The position numbers were made by a program, and so were the translations under genes. Under the pieces are notes generated by a model. It ran no database searches and had not been told where the DNA came from. It saw only the letters and a program-made list of their open reading frames with translations. A stretch of DNA of 64,000 bases from Eledone cirrhosa. Lineage: Eukaryota. The stretch's first letter is position 1; each line of letters starts with the position of its first letter. Positions 28,861-44,600 of this stretch are shown here, in pieces. Location of the stretch: the NCBI GenBank assembly GCA_964016885.1, contig OZ024740.1, forward strand, positions 33,728,001 through 33,792,000. The letters are read 5' to 3'.

Positions 28861-31800
28861 CTATCTTCCAACTCTCTCTCTTACCATCAACCCTCTTTAC
28901 TGCTATCTTCCAACTCTCTCTTACCATCAACCATCTTTACTGCTATCTTCTAACTCTCTCTTACCATCAACCATCTTTACTGCTACCTTCCAACTCTCTC
29001 TTACCATCAACCATCTTTACTGCTATCTTCCAACTCTCTCTTACCAATAACCATCTTTACTGCTATCTTCCAACTCTCTCTTACCATCAACCATCTTTAC
29101 TGCTATTTTCCAACTCTCTCTTACCATCAACCATCTTTACTGCTATCTTCCAACTCTCTCTTACCATCAACTATCTTTACTGCTATCTTCCAACTCTCTC
29201 TTACCATCAACCATCTTTACTGCTACCTTCCAAGTCTCTCTTACCATCAACCATCTTTACTGCTATCTTCCAACGCTCTCTTACCATCAACCATCTTTAC
29301 TGCTATCTTCCAACTCTCTCTTACCATCAACTATCTTTACTGCTATCTTCCAACTCTCTCTTACCATCAACCATCTTTACTGCTAACTTCCAACTCTCTC
29401 TTACCAATAACCATCTTTACTGCTATCTTCCAACTCTCTCTTACCATCAACCATCTTTACTGCTATCTTCCAACTCTCTCTTACCATCAACCATCTTTAC
29501 TGCTATCTTCCAACTCTCTCTTACCATCAACCATCTTTACTGCTATCTTCCAACTCTCTCTTACCATCAACCATCTTTACTGCTATCTTCCAACTCTCTC
29601 TTACCATCAACCATCTTTACTGCTATCTTCCAACTCTCTCTTACCATCAATCATCTTTACTGCTATCGTCCAACTCTCTCTTACCGTCAACCATCTTTAC
29701 TGCTACCTTCCAACTCTCACTTACCATCAACCATCTTTACTGCTATCTTCCAACTCTCTCTTACCATCAACCATCTTTACTGCTATCTTCCAACTCTCTC
29801 TTACCATCAACCATCTTTACTGCTATCTTCCAACTCTCTCTTACCATCAACCATCTTTACTGCTATCTTCCAACTCTCTCTTACCATCAATCATCTTTAC
29901 TGCTATCTTCCAACTCTCTCTTACCGTCAACCATCTTTACTGCTACCTTCCAACTCTCACTTACCATCAACCATCTTTACTGCTATCTTCCAACTCTCTC
30001 TTACCATCAACCATCTTTACTGCTATCTTCCAACTCTCTCTCTTACCATCAACCATCTTTACTGCTATCTTCCAACTCTCTCTTACCATCAACCATCTTT
30101 ACTGCTATCTTCCAACTCTCTCTTACCATCAACCATCTTTACTGCTATCTTCCAACTCTCTCTTACCAATAACCCTCTTTACTGCTATCTTCTAACTCTC
30201 TCTTACCATCAACCATCTTTACTGCTATCTTCAAACTCTCTCTTACCAATAACCATCTTTACTGCCATCTTCCAACTCTCTCTTACCATCAACCATCTTT
30301 TCTGCTATCTTCCAACTCTCTCTCTTACCATCAACCATCTTTACTGCTATCTTCCAACTCTCTCTTACCATCTTTACTGCTATCTTCTAACTCTCTCTTA
30401 CCATCAACCATCTTTACTGCTATCTTCCAACTCTCTCTCTTACCATCAACCATCTTTACTGCTATTTTCTAACTCTCTCTTACCATCAACCATCTTTACT
30501 GCTACCTTCCAACTCTCTCTGACCATCAACCATCTTTACTGCTACCTTCCAACTCACTCTTACCATCAACCATCTTTACTGCTATCTTCCAACTCTCTCT
30601 CTTACCATCAACCATCTTTACTGCTATCTTCCAACTGTCTCTTACCATCAACCATCTTTACTGCTACCTTCCAACTCTCTCTTACCATCAACCATCTTTA
30701 CTGCTATCTTCTAACTCTCTCTTACCATCAACCATCTTTACTGCTATCTTCCAACTCTCTCTTACCATCAACCATCTTTACTGCTATCTTCCAACTGTCT
30801 CTTACCATCAACCATCTTTACTGCTATCTTCCAACTGTCTCTTACCATCAACCATCTTTACTGCTATCTTCCAACTCTCTCTTACCATCAACCATCTTTA
30901 CTGCTATCTTCCAACTGTCTCTAACCATCAACCATCTTTACTGCTATCTTCCAACTCTCTCTTACCATCAACCATCTTTACTGCTATCTTCCAACGCTCT
31001 CTTACCATCAACCATCTTTACTGCTATCTTCCAACTCTCTCTTACCAATAACCATCTTTACTGCTATCCTCTAACTCTCTCTTACCATCAACCATCTTTA
31101 CTGCTATCTTCCAACTCTCTCTTACCGTCAACCATCTTTACTGCTATCTTCCAACTCTCTCTTACCAATAACCATCTTTACTGCTATCTTCTAACTCTCT
31201 CTTACCATCAACCATCTTTACTGCTATCTTCCAACTCTCTCTTACCAATAACCATCTTTACTGCCATCTTCCAACTCTCTCTTACCATCAACCATCTTTT
31301 CTGCTATCTTCCAACTCTCTCTCTTACCATCAACCCTCTTTACTGCTATCTTCCAACTCTCTCTTACCATCAACCATCTTTACTGCTATCTTCTAACTCT
31401 CTCTTACCATCAACCATCTTTACTGCTACCTTCCAACTCTCTCTTACCATCAACCATCTTTACTGCTATCTTCCAACTCTCTCTTACCAATAACCATCTT
31501 TACTGCTATCTTCCAACTCTCTCTTACCATCAACCATCTTTACTGCTATTTTCCAACTCTCTCTTACCATCAACCATCTTTACTGCTATCTTCCAACTCT
31601 CTCTTACCATCAACTATCTTTACTGCTATCTTCCAACTCTCTCTTACCATCAACCATCTTTACTGCTACCTTCCAAGTCTCTCTTACCATCAACCATCTT
31701 TACTGCTATCTTCCAACGCTCTCTTACCATCAACCATCTTTACTGCTATCTTCCAACTCTCTCTTACCATCAACTATCTTTACTGCTATCTTCCAACTCT

Positions 31801-33850
31801 CTCTTACCATCAACCATCTTTACTGCTAACTTCCAACTCTCTCTTACCAATAACCATCTTTACTGCTATCTTCCAACTCTCTCTTACCATCAACCATCTT
31901 TACTGCTATCTTCCAACTCTCTCTTACCATCAACCATCTTTACTGCTATCTTCCAACTCTCTCTTACCATCAACCATCTTTACTGCTATCTTCCAACTCT
32001 CTCTTACCATCAACCATCTTTACTGCTATCTTCCAACTCTCTCTTACCATCAACCATCTTTACTGCTATCTTCCAACTCTCTCTTACCATCAATCATCTT
32101 TACTGCTATCGTCCAACTCTCTCTTACCGTCAACCATCTTTACTGCTACCTTCCAACTCTCACTTACCATCAACCATCTTTACTGCTATCTTCCAACTCT
32201 CTCTTACCATCAACCATCTTTACTGCTATCTTCCAACTCTCTCTTACCATCAACCATCTTTACTGCTATCTTCCAACTCTCTCTTACCATCAACCATCTT
32301 TACTGCTATCTTCCAACTCTCTCTTACCATCAATCATCTTTACTGCTATCTTCCAACTCTCTCTTACCGTCAACCATCTTTACTGCTACCTTCCAACTCT
32401 CACTTACCATCAACCATCTTTACTGCTATCTTCCAACTCTCTCTTACCATCAACCATCTTTACTGCTATCTTCCAACTCTCTCTCTTACCATCAACCATC
32501 TTTACTGCTATCTTCCAACTCTCTCTTACCATCAACCATCTTTACTGCTATCTTCCAACTCTCTCTTACCATCAACCATCTTTACTGCTATCTTCCAACT
32601 CTCTCTTACCAATAACCCTCTTTACTGCTATCTTCTAACTCTCTCTTACCATCAACCATCTTTACTGCTATCTTCAAACTCTCTCTTACCAATAACCATC
32701 TTTACTGCCATCTTCCAACTCTCTCTTACCATCAACCATCTTTTCTGCTATCTTCCAACTCTCTCTCTTACCATCAACCATCTTTACTGCTATCTTCCAA
32801 CTCTCTCTTACCATCTTTACTGCTATCTTCTAACTCTCTCTTACCATCAACCATCTTTACTGCTATCTTCCAACTCTCTCTCTTACCATCAACCATCTTT
32901 ACTGCTATTTTCTAACTCTCTCTTACCATCAACCATCTTTACTGCTACCTTCCAACTCTCTCTGACCATCAACCATCTTTACTGCTACCTTCCAACTCAC
33001 TCTTACCATCAACCATCTTTACTGCTATCTTCCAACTCTCTCTCTTACCATCAACCATCTTTACTGCTATCTTCCAACTGTCTCTTACCATCAACCATCT
33101 TTACTGCTACCTTCCAACTCTCTCTTACCATCAACCATCTTTACTGCTATCTTCTAACTCTCTCTTACCATCAACCATCTTTACTGCTATCTTCCAACTC
33201 TCTCTTACCATCAACCATCTTTACTGCTATCTTCCAACTGTCTCTTACCATCAACCATCTTTACTGCTATCTTCCAACTGTCTCTTACCATCAACCATCT
33301 TTACTGCTATCTTCCAACTCTCTCTTACCATCAACCATCTTTACTGCTATCTTCCAACTGTCTCTAACCATCAACCATCTTTACTGCTATCTTCCAACTC
33401 TCTCTTACCATCAACCATCTTTACTGCTATCTTCCAACGCTCTCTTACCATCAACCATCTTTACTGCTATCTTCCAACTCTCTCTTACCAATAACCATCT
33501 TTACTGCTATCCTCTAACTCTCTCTTACCATCAACCATCTTTACTGCTATCTTCCAACTCTCTCTTACCGTCAACCATCTTTACTGCTATCTTCCAACTC
33601 TCTCTTACCAATAACCATCTTTACTGCTATCTTCTAACTCTCTCTTACCATCAACCATCTTTACTGCTATCTTCCAACTCTCTCTTACCAATAACCATCT
33701 TTACTGCCATCTTCCAACTCTCTCTTACCATCAACCATCTTTTCTGCTATCTTCCAACTCTCTCTCTTACCATCAACCCTCTTTACTGCTATCTTCCAAC
33801 TCTCTCTTACCATCAACCATCTTTACTGCTATCTTCTAACTCTCTCTTAC
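28450..33850 (+). repeat. Tandem HOR with a 2443-bp period (61 monomers), slightly more than 2 copies
   Basis: Private variant TATCGTCC at 29668 and 32111, and TTCAAACT at 30233 and 32676, both offset 2443. Confidence 0.88.
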
Positions 33851-36800
33851 CATCAACCATCTTTACTGCTATCTTCCAACTCTCTCTCTTACCATCAACC
33901 ATCTTTACTGCTATCTTCCAACTCTCTCTTACCATCAACCATCTTTACTGCTACCTTCCAACTCTCTCTTACCATCAACCATCTTTACTGCTACCTTCCA
34001 ACTCTCTCTTACCATCAACCATCTTTAATGCTATCTTCTAACTCTCTCTTACCATCAACCATCTTTACTGCTATCTTCCAACTCTCTCTTACCAATAACC
34101 ATCTTTACTGCTATCTTCCAACTGTCTCTTACCATCAACCATCTTTACTGCTATCTTCTAACTCTCTCTTACCAATAACCATCTTTACTGCTATCTTCCA
34201 ACTCTCTCTTACCATCAACCATCTTTACTGCTATCTTCCAACTCTCTCTTACCAATAACCATCTTTACTGCTATCTTCCAACTCTCTCTTACCATCAACC
34301 ATCTTAACTGCTATCTTCCAACTCTCTCTTACCATCAACCATCTTTACTGCTATCTTCCAACTCTCTCTTACCATCAACTATCTTTACTGCTATCTTCCA
34401 ACTCTCTCTTACCATCAACCATCTTTACTGCTACCTTCCAACTCTCTCTTACCATCAACCATCTTTACTGCTATCTTCCAACTCTCTCTTACCATCAACC
34501 ATCTTTACTGCTATCTTCCAACTCTCTCTTACCATCAACCATCTTTACTGCTAACTTCCAACTCTCTCTTACCATCAACCATCTTTACTGCTAACTTCCA
34601 ACTCTCTCTTACCAATAACCATCTTTACTGCTATCTTCTAACTCTCTCTTACCATCAACCATCTTTACTGCTATCTTCCAACTCTCTCTTACCATCAACC
34701 ATCTTTACTGCTATCTTCTAACTCTCTCTTACCATCAACCATCTTTACTGCTACCTTCCAACTCTCTCTTACCATCAACCATCTTTACTGCTATCTTCCA
34801 ACTCTCTCTTACCATCAACCATCTTTACTGCTATCTTCCAACTCTCTCTTACCATCAACCATCTTTACTGCTATCTTCCGACTCTCTCTTACCATCAACC
34901 ATCTTTACTGCTATCTTCCAACTCTCTCTTACCATCAACCATCTTTACTGCTATCTCCCAACTCTCTCTTACCATCAACCATCTTTACTGCTATCTTCCA
35001 ACTCTCTCTTACCATCAACCATCTTTACTGTTATCTTCTAACTCTCTCTTACCATCAACCATCTTTACTGCTATCTTCTAACTCTCTCTTATCCTTCAAA
35101 CATCTTTACTGCTATCTTCCAACTCTCTCTTACCAATAACCGTCTTTACTGCTATCTTCTAACTCTCCCTTACCATCAACCATCTTTACTGCTATCTTCC
35201 AACTCTCTCTTACCAATAACCATCTTTACTGCCATCTTCCAACTCTCTCTTACCATCAACCATCTTTACTGCTATCTTCCAACTCTCTCTTACCATCAAC
35301 TATCTTTACTGCTATCTTCCAACTCTCTCTTACCATCAACCATCTTTACTGCTAACTTCCAACTCTCTCTTACCAATAACCATCTTTACTGCTATCTTCT
35401 AACTCTCTCTTACCATCAACCATCTTTACTGCTATCTTCCAACTCTCTCTTACCATCAACCATCTTTACTGTTATCTTCTAACTCTCTCTTACCATCAAC
35501 CATCTTTACTGCTATCTTCCAACTCTCTCTTACCATCAACCATCTTTACTGCTATCTTCTAACTCTCTCTTACCATCAACCATCTTTACTGCTATCTTCC
35601 AACTCTCTCTCTTACCATCAACCATCTTTACTGCTATCTTCTAACTCTCTCTTACCATCAACCATCTTTACTGCTACCTTCCAACTCTCTCTTACCATCA
35701 ACCATCTTTACTGCTATCTTCCAACTCTCTCTTACCATCAACCATCTTTACTGCTATCTTCCAACTCTCTCTTACCATCAACCATCTTTACTGCTATCTT
35801 CCAACTCTCTCTTACCAATAACCATCTTTACTGCTATCTTCTAACTCTCTCTTACCATCAACCATCTTTACTGCTATCTTCCAACTCTCTCTTACCATCA
35901 ACCATCTTTACTGTTATCTTCTAACTCTCTCTTACCATCAACCATCTTTACTGCTATCTTCTAACTCTCTCTTACCATCAACCATCTTTACTGCTATCTT
36001 CCAACTCTCTCTTACCATCAACCATCTTTACTGCTATCTTCCAACTGTCTCTTACCATCAACCATCTTTACTGCTATCTTCCAACTGTCTCTTACCATCA
36101 ACCATCTTTACTGCTACCTTCCAACTCTCTCTTACCATCAACCATCTTTACTGCTATCTTCCAACTGTCTCTAACCATCAACCATCTTTACTGCTATCTT
36201 CCAACTTTCTCTTACCATCAACCATCTTTACTGCTATCTTCCAACGCTCTCTTACCATCAACCATCTTTACTGCTATCTTCCAACTCTCTCTTACCAATA
36301 ACCATCTTTACTGCTATCCTCTAACTCTCTCTTACCATCAACCATCTTTACTGCTATCTTCCAACTCTCTCTTACCGTCAACCATCTTTACTGCTATCTT
36401 CCAACTCTCTCTTACCAATAACCATCTTTACTGCTATCTTCTAACTCTCTCTTACCATCAACCATCTTTACTGCTATCTTCCAACTCTCTCTTACCAATA
36501 ACCATCTTTACTGCCATCTTCCAACTCTCTCTTACCATCAACCATCTTTTCTGCTATCTTCCAACTCTCTCTCTTACCATCAACCCTCTTTACTGCTATC
36601 TTCCAACTCTCTCTTACCATCAACCATCTTTACTGCTATCTTCTAACTCTCTCTTACCATCAACCATCTTTACTGCTACCTTCCAACTCTCTCTTACCAT
36701 CAACCATCTTTACTGCTATCTTCCAACTCTCTCTTACCAATAACCATCTTTACTGCTATCTTCCAACTCTCTCTTACCATCAACCATCTTTACTGCTATT

Positions 36801-38619
36801 TTCCAACTCTCTCTTACCATCAACCATCTTTACTGCTATCTTCCAACTCTCTCTTACCATCAACTATCTTTACTGCTATCTTCCAACTCTCTCTTACCAT
36901 CAACCATCTTTACTGCTACCTTCCAAGTCTCTCTTACCATCAACCATCTTTACTGCTATCTTCCAACTCTCTCTTACCATCAACCATCTTTACTGCTATC
37001 TTCCAACTCTCTCTTACCATCAACTATCTTTACTGCTATCTTCCAACTCTCTCTTACCATCAACCATCTTTACTGCTAACTTCCAACTCTCTCTTACCAA
37101 TAACCATCTTTACTGCTATCTTCCAACTCTCTCTTACCATCAACCATCTTTACTGCTATCTTCCAACTCTCTCTTACCATCAACCATCTTTACTGCTATC
37201 TTCCAACTCTCTCTTACCATCAACCATCTTTACTGCTATCTTCCAACTCTCTCTTACCATCAATCATCTTTACTGCTATCTTCCAACTCTCTCTTACCGT
37301 CAACCATCTTTACTGCTACCTTCCAACTCTCACTTACCATCAACCATCTTTACTGCTATCTTCCAACTCTCTCTTACCATCAACCATCTTTACTGCTATC
37401 TTCCAACTCTCTCTTACCATCAACCATCTTTACTGCTATCTTCCAACTCTCTCTTACCATCAACCATCTTTACTGCTATCTTCCAACTCTCTCTTACCAT
37501 CAATCATCTTTACTGCTATCTTCCAACTCTCTCTTACCGTCAACCATCTTTACTGCTACCTTCCAACTCTCACTTACCATCAACCATCTTTACTGCTATC
37601 TTCCAACTCTCTCTTACCATCAACCATCTTTACTGCTATCTTCCAACTCTCTCTTACCATCAACCATCTTTACTGCTATCTTCCAACTCTCTCTTACCAT
37701 CAACCATCTTTACTGCTATCTTCCAACTCTCTCTTACCATCAACCATCTTTACTGCTATCTTCCAACTCTCTCTTACCAATAACCCTCTTTACTGCTATC
37801 TTCTAACTCTCTCTTACCATCAACCATCTTTACTGCTATCTTCAAACTCTCTCTTACCAATAACCATCTTTACTGCCATCTTCCAACTCTCTCTTACCAT
37901 CAACCATCTTTTCTGCTATCTTCCAACTCTCTCTCTTACCATCAACCATCTTTACTGCTATCTTCCAACTCTCTCTTACCATCTTTACTGCTATCTTCTA
38001 ACTCTCTCTTACCATCAACCATCTTTACTGCTATCTTCCAACTCTCTCTCTTACCATCAACCATCTTTACTGCTATCTTCTAACTCTCTCTTACCATCAA
38101 CCATCTTTACTGCTACCTTCCAACTCTCTCTTACCATCAACCATCTTTACTGATATCTTCCAACTCTCTCTTACCAATAACCATCTTTACTGCTATCTTC
38201 CAACTCTCTCTCTTACCATCAACCATCTTTACTGCTATCTTCCAACTGTCTCTTACCATCAACCATCTTTACTGCTACCTTCCAACTCTCTCTTACCATC
38301 AACCATCTTTACTGCTATCTTCTAACTCTCTCTTACCATCAACCATCTTTACTGCTATCTTCCAACTCTCTCTTACCATCAACCATCTTTACTGCTATCT
38401 TCTAACTCTCTCTTACCATCAACCATCTTTACTGCTATCTTCCAACTCTCTCTTACCGTCAACCATCTTTACTGCTATCTTCCAACTCTCTCTTACCAAT
38501 AACCATCTTTACTGCTATCTTCCAACTCTCTCTTACCAATAACCATCTTTACTGCCATCTTCCAACTCTCTCTTACCATCAACCATCTTTTCTGCTATCT
38601 TCCAACTCTCTCTCTTACC

Positions 38620-41600
38620 ATCAACTATCTTTACTGCTATCTTCCAACTCTCTCTTACCATCAACCATCTTTACTGCTACCTTCCAAGTCTCTCTTACCA
38701 TCAACCATCTTTACTGCTATCTTCCAACTCTCTCTTACCATCAACCATCTTTACTGCTATCTTCCAACTCTCTCTTACCATCAACTATCTTTACTGCTAT
38801 CTTCCAACTCTCTCTTACCATCAACCATCTTTACTGCTAACTTCCAACTCTCTCTTACCAATAACCATCTTTACTGCTATCTTCCAACTCTCTCTTACCA
38901 TCAACCATCTTTACTGCTATCTTCCAACTCTCTCTTACCATCAACCATCTTTACTGCTATCTTCCAACTCTCTCTTACCATCAACCATCTTTACTGCTAT
39001 CTTCCAACTCTCTCTTACCATCAACCATCTTTACTGCTATCTTCCAACTCTCTCTTACCATCAACCATCTTTACTGCTATCTTCCAACTCTCTCTTACCA
39101 TCAATCATCTTTACTGCTATCTTCCAACTCTCTCTTACCGTCAACCATCTTTACTGCTACCTTCCAACTCTCACTTACCATCAACCATCTTTACTGCTAT
39201 CTTCCAACTCTCTCTTACCATCAACCATCTTTACTGCTATCTTCCAACTCTCTCTTACCATCAACCATCTTTACTGCTATCTTCCAACTCTCTCTTACCA
39301 TCAACCATCTTTACTGCTATCTTCCAACTCTCTCTTACCATCAATCATCTTTACTGCTATCTTCCAACTCTCTCTTACCGTCAACCATCTTTACTGCTAC
39401 CTTCCAACTCTCACTTACCATCAACCATCTTTACTGCTATCTTCCAACTCTCTCTTACCATCAACCATCTTTACTGCTATCTTCCAACTCTCTCTTACCA
39501 TCAACCATCTTTACTGCTATCTTCCAACTCTCTCTTACCATCAACCATCTTTACTGCTATCTTCCAACTCTCTCTTACCAATAACCCTCTTTACTGCTAT
39601 CTTCTAACTCTCTCTTACCATCAACCATCTTTACTGCTATCTTCCAACTCACTCTTACCAATAACCCTCTTTACTGCTATCTTCTAACTCTCTCTTACCA
39701 TCAACCATCTTTACTGCTATCTTCCAACTCTCTCTTACCATCAATCATCTTTACTGCTATCTTCCAACTCTCTCTTACCGTCAACCATCTTTACTGCTAC
39801 CTTCCAACTCTCACTTACCATCAACCATCTTTACTGCTATCTTCCAACTCTCTCTTACCATCAACCATCTTTACTGCTATCTTCCAACTCTCTCTTACCA
39901 TCAACCATCTTTACTGCTATCTTCCAACTCTCTCTTACCATCAACCATCTTTACTGCTATCTTCCAACTCTCTCTTACCATCAACCATCTTTACTGCTAT
40001 CTTCCAACTCTCTCTTACCAATAACCCTCTTTACTGCTATCTTCTAACTCTCTCTTACCATCAACCATCTTTACTGCTATCTTCCAACTCTCTCTTACCA
40101 ATAACCCTCTTTACTGCTATCTTCTAACTCTCTCTTACCATCAACCATCTTTACTGCTATCTTCCAACTCTCTCTTACCATCAACCATCTTTACTGCTAT
40201 CTTCCAACTCTCTCTTACCATCAACCATCTTTACTGCTATCTTCCAACTCTCTCTTACCATCAACCATCTTTACTGCTATCTTCCAACTCTCTCTTACCA
40301 TCAATCATCTTTACTGCTATCTTCCAACTCTCTCTTACCATCAACCATCTTTACTGCTATCTTCCAACTCTCTCTTACCATCAACCATCTTTACTGCTAT
40401 CTTCCAACTCTCACTTACCATCAACCATCTTTACTGCTATCTTCCAACTCTCTCTTACCGTCAACCATCTTTACTGCTACCTTCCAACTCTCACTTACCA
40501 TCAACCATCTTTACTGCTATCTTCCAACTCTCTCTTACCATCAACCATCTTTACTGCTATCTTCCAACTCTCTCTTACCATCAACCATCTTTACTGCTAT
40601 CTTCCAACTCTCTCTTACCATCAACCATCTTTACTGCTATCTTCCAACTCTCTCTTACCATCAACCATCTTTACTGCTATCTTCCAACTCTCTCTTACCA
40701 ATAACCCTCTTTACTGCTATCTTCTAACTCTCTCTTACCATCAACCATCTTTACTGCTATCTTCCAACTCTCTCTTACCAATAACCCTCTTTACTGCTAT
40801 CTTCTAACTCTCTCTTACCATCAACCATCTTTACTGCTATCTTCCAACTCTCTCTTACCATCAACCATCTTTACTGCTATCTTCCAACTCTCTCTTACCA
40901 ATAACCCTCTTTACTGCTATCTTCTAACTCTCTCTTACCATCAACCATCTTTACTGCTATCTTCCAACTCTCTCTTACCAATAACCCTCTTTACTGCTAT
41001 CTTCTAACTCTCTCTTACCATCAACCATCTTTACTGCTATCTTCCAACTCTCTCTTACCAATAACCCTCTTTACTGCTACCTTCCAACTCTCACTTACCA
41101 TCAACCATCTTTACTGCTATCTTCCAACTCTCTCTTACCATCAACCATCTTTACTGCTATCTTCCAACTCTCTCTTACCAATAACCCTCTTTACTGCTAT
41201 CTTCTAACTCTCTCTTACCATCAACCATCTTTACTGCTATCTTCCAACTCTCTCTTACCATCAACCATCTTTACTGCTATCTTCCAACTCTCTCTTACCA
41301 TCAATCATCTTTACTGCTATCTTCCAACTCTCTCTTACCGTCAACCATCTTTACTGCTACCTTCCAACTCTCACTTACCATCAACCATCTTTACTGCTAT
41401 CTTCCAACTCTCTCTTACCATCAACCATCTTTACTGCTATCTTCCAACTCTCTCTTACCATCAACCATCTTTACTGCTATCTTCCAACTCTCTCTTACCA
41501 TCAACCATCTTTACTGCTATCTTCCAACTCTCTCTTACCATCAACCATCTTTACTGCTATCTTCCAACTCTCTCTTACCAATAACCCTCTTTACTGCTAT

Positions 41601-44600
41601 CTTCCAACTCTCTCTTACCATCAACCATCTTTACTGCTATCTTCCAACTCTCTCTTACCAATAACCCTCTTTACTGCTATCTTCTAACTCTCTCTTACCA
41701 ATAACCATCTTTACTGCTATCTTCCAACTCTCTCTTACCAATAACCCTCTTTACTGCTATCTTCCAACTCTCTCTTACCATCAACCATCTTTACTGCTAT
41801 CTTCCAACTCTCTCTTACCATCAACCATCTTTACTGCTATCTTCCAACTCTCTCTTACCAATAACCCTCTTTACTGCTATCTTCTAACTCTCTCTTACCA
41901 ATAACCATCTTTACTGCTATCTTCCAACTCTCTCTTACTAATAACCCTCTTTACTGCTATCTTCCAACTCTCTCTTACCATCAACCATCTTTACTGCTAT
42001 CTTCCAACTCTCTCTTACCATCAACCATCTTTACTGCTATCTTCTAACTCTCTCTTACCAATAACCATCTTTACTGCTATCTTCCAACTCTCTCTTACCA
42101 ATAACCCTCTTTACTGCTATCTTCCAACTCTCTCTTACCATCAACCATCTTTACTGCTATCTTCCAACTCTCTCTTACCATCAACCATCTTTACTGCTAT
42201 CTTCTAACTCTCTCTTACCAATAACCATCTTTACTGCTATCTTCCAACTCTCTCTTACCATCAACCATCTTTACTGCTATCTTCTAACTCTCTCTTACCA
42301 ATAACCATCTTTACTGCTATCTTCCAACTCTCTCTTACCATCAACCATCTTTACTGCTATCTTCTAACTCTCTCTTACCAATAACCATCTTTACTGCTAT
42401 CTTCCAACTCTCTCTTACCAATAACCCTCTTTACTGCTATCTTCCAACTCTCTCTTACCATCAACCATCTTTACTGCTATCTTCCAACTCTCTCTTACCA
42501 TCAACCATCTTTACTGCTATCTTCTAACTCTCTCTTACCAATAACCATCTTTACTGCTATCTTCCAACTCTCTCTTACCAATAACCCTCTTTACTGCTAT
42601 CTTCCAACTCTCTCTTACCATCAACCATCTTTACTGCTACCTTCCAACTCTCACTTACCATCAACCATCTTTACTGCTATCTTCCAACTCTCTCTTACCA
42701 ATAACCCTCTTTACTGCTACCTTCCAACTCTCACTTACCATCAACCATCTTTACTGCTACCTTCCAACTCTCACTTACCATCAACCATCTTTACTGCTAT
42801 CTTCCAACTCTCTCTTACCAATAACCCTCTTTACTGCTATCTTCCAACTCTCTCTTACCAATAACCATCTTTACTGCTATCTTCCAACTCTCTCTTACCA
42901 ATAACCATCTTTACTGCTATCTTCCAACTCTCTCTTACCAATAACCCTCTTTACTGCTACCTTCCAACTCTCACTTACCATCAACTATGTTTACTGCTAT
43001 CTTCTAACTCTCTCTTACCAATAACCCTCTTTACTGCTATCTTCTAACTCTCTCTTACCATCAACCATCTTTACTGCTATCTTCCAACTCTCTCTTACCA
43101 TCAACCATCTTTACTGCTATCTTCCAACTCTCTCTTACCGTCAACCATCTTTACTGCTATCTTCTAACTCTCTCTTACCATCAACCATCATTACTGCTAT
43201 CTTCCAACTCTCTCTTACCATCAACCATCTTTACTGCTATCTTCCAACTCTCTCTTACCAATAACCCTCTTTACTGCTATCTTCTAACTCTCTCTTACCA
43301 TCAACCATCTTTACTGCTATCTTCTAACTCTCTCTTACCAATAACCATCTTTACTGCTATCTTCCAACTCTCTCTTACCAATAACCCTCTTTACTGCTAT
43401 CTTCTAACTCTCTCTTACCATCAACCATCTTTACTGCTACCTTCCAACTCTCACTTACCATCAACCATCTTTACTGCTATCTTCCAACTCTCTCTTACCA
43501 ATAACCATCTTTACTGCTACCTTCCAACTCTCTCTTACCATCAACCATCTTTACTGCTATCTTCTAACTCTCACTTACCATCAACTATCTTTACTGCTAT
43601 CTTCTAACTCTCTCTTACCATCAACCATCTTTACTGCCATCTTCCAACTCTCTCTTACCAATAACCCTCTTTACTGCTATCTTCTAACTCTCTCTTACCA
43701 TCAACCATCTTTACTGCTACCTTCCAACTCTCACTTACCATCAACCATCTTTACTGCTATCTTCCAACTCTCTCTTACCAATAACCCTCTTTACTGCTAT
43801 CTTCCAACTCTCTCTTACCAATAACCATCTTTACTGCTACCTTCCAACTCTCTCTTACCATCAACCATCTTTACTGCTATCTTCCAACTCTCTCTTACCA
43901 ATAACCATCTTTACTGCTATCTTCTAACTCTCTCTTACCAATAACCCTCTTTACTGCTATCTTCTAACTCTCTCTTACCATCAACCATCTTTACTGCTAT
44001 CTTCCAACTCTCTCTTACCAATAACCATCTTTACTGCTACCTTCCAACTCTCTCTTACCATCAACCCTCTTTACTGCTATCTTCTAACTCTCTCTTACCA
44101 TCAACCCTCTTTACTGCTACCTTCCAACTCTCACTTACCATCAACCATCTTTACTGCTACCTTCCAACTCTCACTTACCATCAACCATCTTTACTGCTAT
44201 CTTCCAACTCTCTCTTACCATCAACCATCTTTACTGCTATCTTCCAACTCTCTCTTACCAATAACCATCTTTACTGCTATCTTCCAACTCTCTCTTACCA
44301 ATAACCCTCTTTACTGCTACCTTCCAACTCTCACTTACCATCAACCATCTTTACTGCCATCTTCCAACTCTCTCTTACCATCAACCATCTTTACTGCTAT
44401 CTTCCAACTCTCTCTTACCAATAACCCTCTTTACTGCTATCTTCCAACTCTCTCTTACCATCAACCATCTTTACTGCTATCTTCCAACTCTCTCTTACCA
44501 ATAACCCTCTTTACTGCTATCTTCCAACTCTCTCTTACCATCAACCATCTTTACTGCTACCTTCCAACTCTCACTTACCATCAACCCTCTTTACTGCTAC

